Shown: one piece after another, positions 61,715-64,000 of the stretch | Layout: the number at the start of each line of letters is the position of its first letter | Numbering within the stretch: the stretch's first letter is position 1 | Assembly (NCBI GenBank): GCA_001949185.1 | Contig: BDGG01000024.1 | Location: 62,001-126,000, forward strand | From: Ramazzottius varieornatus | Taxonomy: Eukaryota; Animalia; Tardigrada | Reading direction: 5' to 3' | Length of the DNA stretch: 64,000 bases | Position numbers and translations under genes: made by a program | The notes under the pieces: model-generated | What the model saw: only the letters and a program-made list of their open reading frames with translations | What the model was told of the DNA's origin: nothing | Databases searched by the model: none

Positions 61715-61821
61715 TTTCTCAAGTCGACTTCTTACACTGCCTATGGCCTCTTTGTCCGGAAATGGCGCCGCGTAGGACACAGCCGTTATTTTTGTCATAT
61801 GTCTGATGTACATTTACTACT
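61715..61821 (-). repeat. Right TIR of the Maverick (inner continuation hidden by the N-gap 61609-61658)
   Basis: Ends ...CATTTACTACT, followed by TSD GCTGGC. Confidence 0.95.
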
Positions 61822-62459
61822 GCTGGCGCTTTGTACCCTGGTCTGGCTCTACGTTCATACCATTTACCTTCCCGGCTTTATACTGAGCGTCCCCTACTAT
61901 CAGCGCTCACTGGATGATGGTTGCTTGGTTAATCTGAGGCACCAGTTCCAGTGGTCTATAGTGGTACAGTTCTGCTTGTTCAAGATTCCAGTTTGCCTCG
62001 TCATACTATGTTATCCTTTCATTGCGTGCAAGTTGCGTGCAAGAGGTATCCTCCGCGCTGCCAGCCGCCATTAAGCCTGTGGAAAATGACAGATGCAACA
62101 AGGTCGTCGAAGAAAAGACGGCAAATACAGCACGTCGAGAAGTAAGCAAAACAGCGAAAACCAATCAAGGCCATGGTGGACGACACTCAAAGCAGCCCGA
62201 CGGTCAGCAAAGTTTTCGACGCCGAGGTGGTCGTTTGATGTTGAGCCTGATGACCGCCTCCATGCTAATATTTTGGGCACCCTCGGTGGTCTATTATACC
62301 GTCGTCTCGTTAACGACCCTTGATTGGTCAATTTTCGGACAGATTGCAAACATATTCTGTTTGCTTGAAACCGCCTCCGATCCGTTTTGCTTCATTCTAG
62401 CGCTCAAAGACGTACGACGTGCGCTTCTCCAGTCGATCCGTAGTCCAACGACTTGTTGA
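61822..62459 (+). pseudogene. 3' half (TM4-TM7) of the disrupted GPCR, with a frameshift in ICL3 (~62040-62074)
   Basis: Resumes in frame 'LALCTLVWLYVH..LPG', TM5 'IPVCLVILCYPFI', then in a shifted frame TM6 'IFWAPSVVYY' and TM7 'SDPFCFILALKDVR'. Confidence 0.9.
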
Positions 62460-64000
62460 CCCTTGAACTCGAAAAGATCAGACGACTAGATGTTGGACTA
62501 GACACTACTGCGGACAGAAGTAATCGCTGGTTTTCATCCATGACTGCTTTGATCTTCTCTAACAAAAACGGGCTGGGAATCGAGTCGCATCGCACTGCTT
62601 CATGACTCCAGCGCAGTGCGCCTGTATGTTCATGATAACTCCCGTTCTGGAAATAAAAATAGTCAGCTAGTCAATCTCACTGACGTACGGAACAACTAAG
62701 CCAAAGGCACCTACACTGTCTCCCAGAAGTGAGTAACCCCCCTATACACCCACTGGAAAATTGATATCTCCACTTCCCTTCCACCGATTTCGATGATTCC
62801 AGCACTGTTATGAAGAACGATGTTTGGTCTTCAAGATCACGTGGCTTTCAGTTCCGGCCATCAATAAATCAATTGTTGGAACTTGGTCCGCGTAACTGCG
62901 AAAACTGCCCTGTTTTCGATGCACTGCTGCCCCGTCAGACCCTGCCCGAAAGAAACCTCCATACTGTCAGAAAATAGGGCATACGACAACGCTTCGTCAA
63001 GGAATAATCTTGTATTGTCAGACCTAACCTATCCATTCTAACGAGGGACTATTCAGACCATCTCACTGGCCGATCAGGATATCAGTGCTTTTTCGTGATA
63101 GCTGAGACGCTTAGCTCTCTGCAAAGTCTCGGGAAGAAAGGCAGATGACCACTTGCCGCAGCTGGAGAAAATCCTAAAAGTGCGTCGTCCACCGTAGATC
63201 TAGTGTTGTAGCCTGCAAAGCGTTACGAGTTGTAGCCTGTAAAGCTTTACAACCCCGAAAACTGCACGGTTATTCGAGAAAACTCCAGATTTCACGTGTG
63301 GAAGGCAAGAAAGATCTAAATTAAGATCTAAATCTCATACCATTAGGGGTGGATGGCCAGACTCATCTTCGACGTATTTTTCGGAGTTTCTGACGGAAGC
63401 TGTCACTGTTACCAGGTATTTTATTCTAGCTAATCAGTAGCTCGGCAAACAAACTGGTTCGTGTATCTGAGTGGCGCACTCTTCCAGGTAGCTGAACCGA
63501 GAACGTACGCTAGTTGGGAAAGCGATGAAACTAGACAAGATGGTTTCTCCAAGTGGATCACACTTGCCGCTAGCACCATCGACAACGTGCGCCACTTGAA
63601 AAAACAAACAGAGCGGTCCGTTTCTCGCAGCTTTTCGTCGCGAGCCGCTGCGTGCACTCTGTCGCTGGATCACATGCACCTTTTCGTCTTCCTGCAAACA
63701 CATATGGTCATAAAGGTGTATGCGTATGCACGATGCGCTGTATCGCCGCTACGGCAGTTAAAATGTTGATCAGAATAATTCTAATAGATCTTACGTTCGA
63801 CTTAATTAATCATTTTACTACAGCGAAACAAAAAACTTTAATCACTTTGTTTATTAGTAAAAGTCGCAGGGCTAAATTACTAATTTTAACTTGCATGGCA
63901 AACTCAAAACCCTCAATTTCTTACTGCAACAGTACACAGAATTCATATGAGCGCGAGTTGAGCGTTAGTTGATTCTTCTCACAAGTTCGTGAAGGTTAAC

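Larger units (their letters stand above)
39842..61821. mobile_element. Maverick/Polinton (endogenous adintovirus-like element), 21,980 bp, decayed
   Basis: Ends AGTAGT / ACTACT; 107-bp TIRs; 6-bp TSD GCTGGC (39836-39841 / 61822-61827); ATPase, integrase, mCP, MCP, protease and pPolB all present. Confidence 0.97.

Overview
Eukaryotic (animal) genomic DNA with short (~55-85 bp) GT-AG introns. The orphan-GPCR style and intron sizes look tardigrade-like, but that is inference only. The first ~39 kb holds host genes (a 3-exon rhodopsin-type GPCR, a 4-exon gustatory-receptor-like gene, a 6-exon CYP2-clan P450, a duplicated pair of 151-aa secreted orphan genes) among MITEs, a nested TIR-element/MITE/pogo cluster and a non-LTR remnant. 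The main feature is a ~22 kb Maverick/Polinton (endogenous dsDNA virus-like element) at 39842-61821, with AGTAGT...ACTACT ends, 107-bp TIRs and a perfect 6-bp TSD (GCTGGC); it splits a GPCR gene. It carries a decayed core: packaging ATPase, integrase, minor and major capsid, adenain-like protease and protein-primed PolB. It also carries an unusual nuclear gene-expression toolkit: a TATA-binding-protein homolog, a tandem-PC4 protein, an AWS-SET-postSET (Set2/NSD/ASH1-type) methyltransferase and a BIR-BIR-RING IAP. Core viral genes contain spliceosomal introns. A 37-bp palindrome (GAGTARAAAGT-N15-ACTTTYTACTC) is dispersed through the element, alternating with (T)GACGTC(A) at a ~70-bp period, reminiscent of baculovirus homologous regions. 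All protein assignments are from motif recognition by eye; no searches were run.
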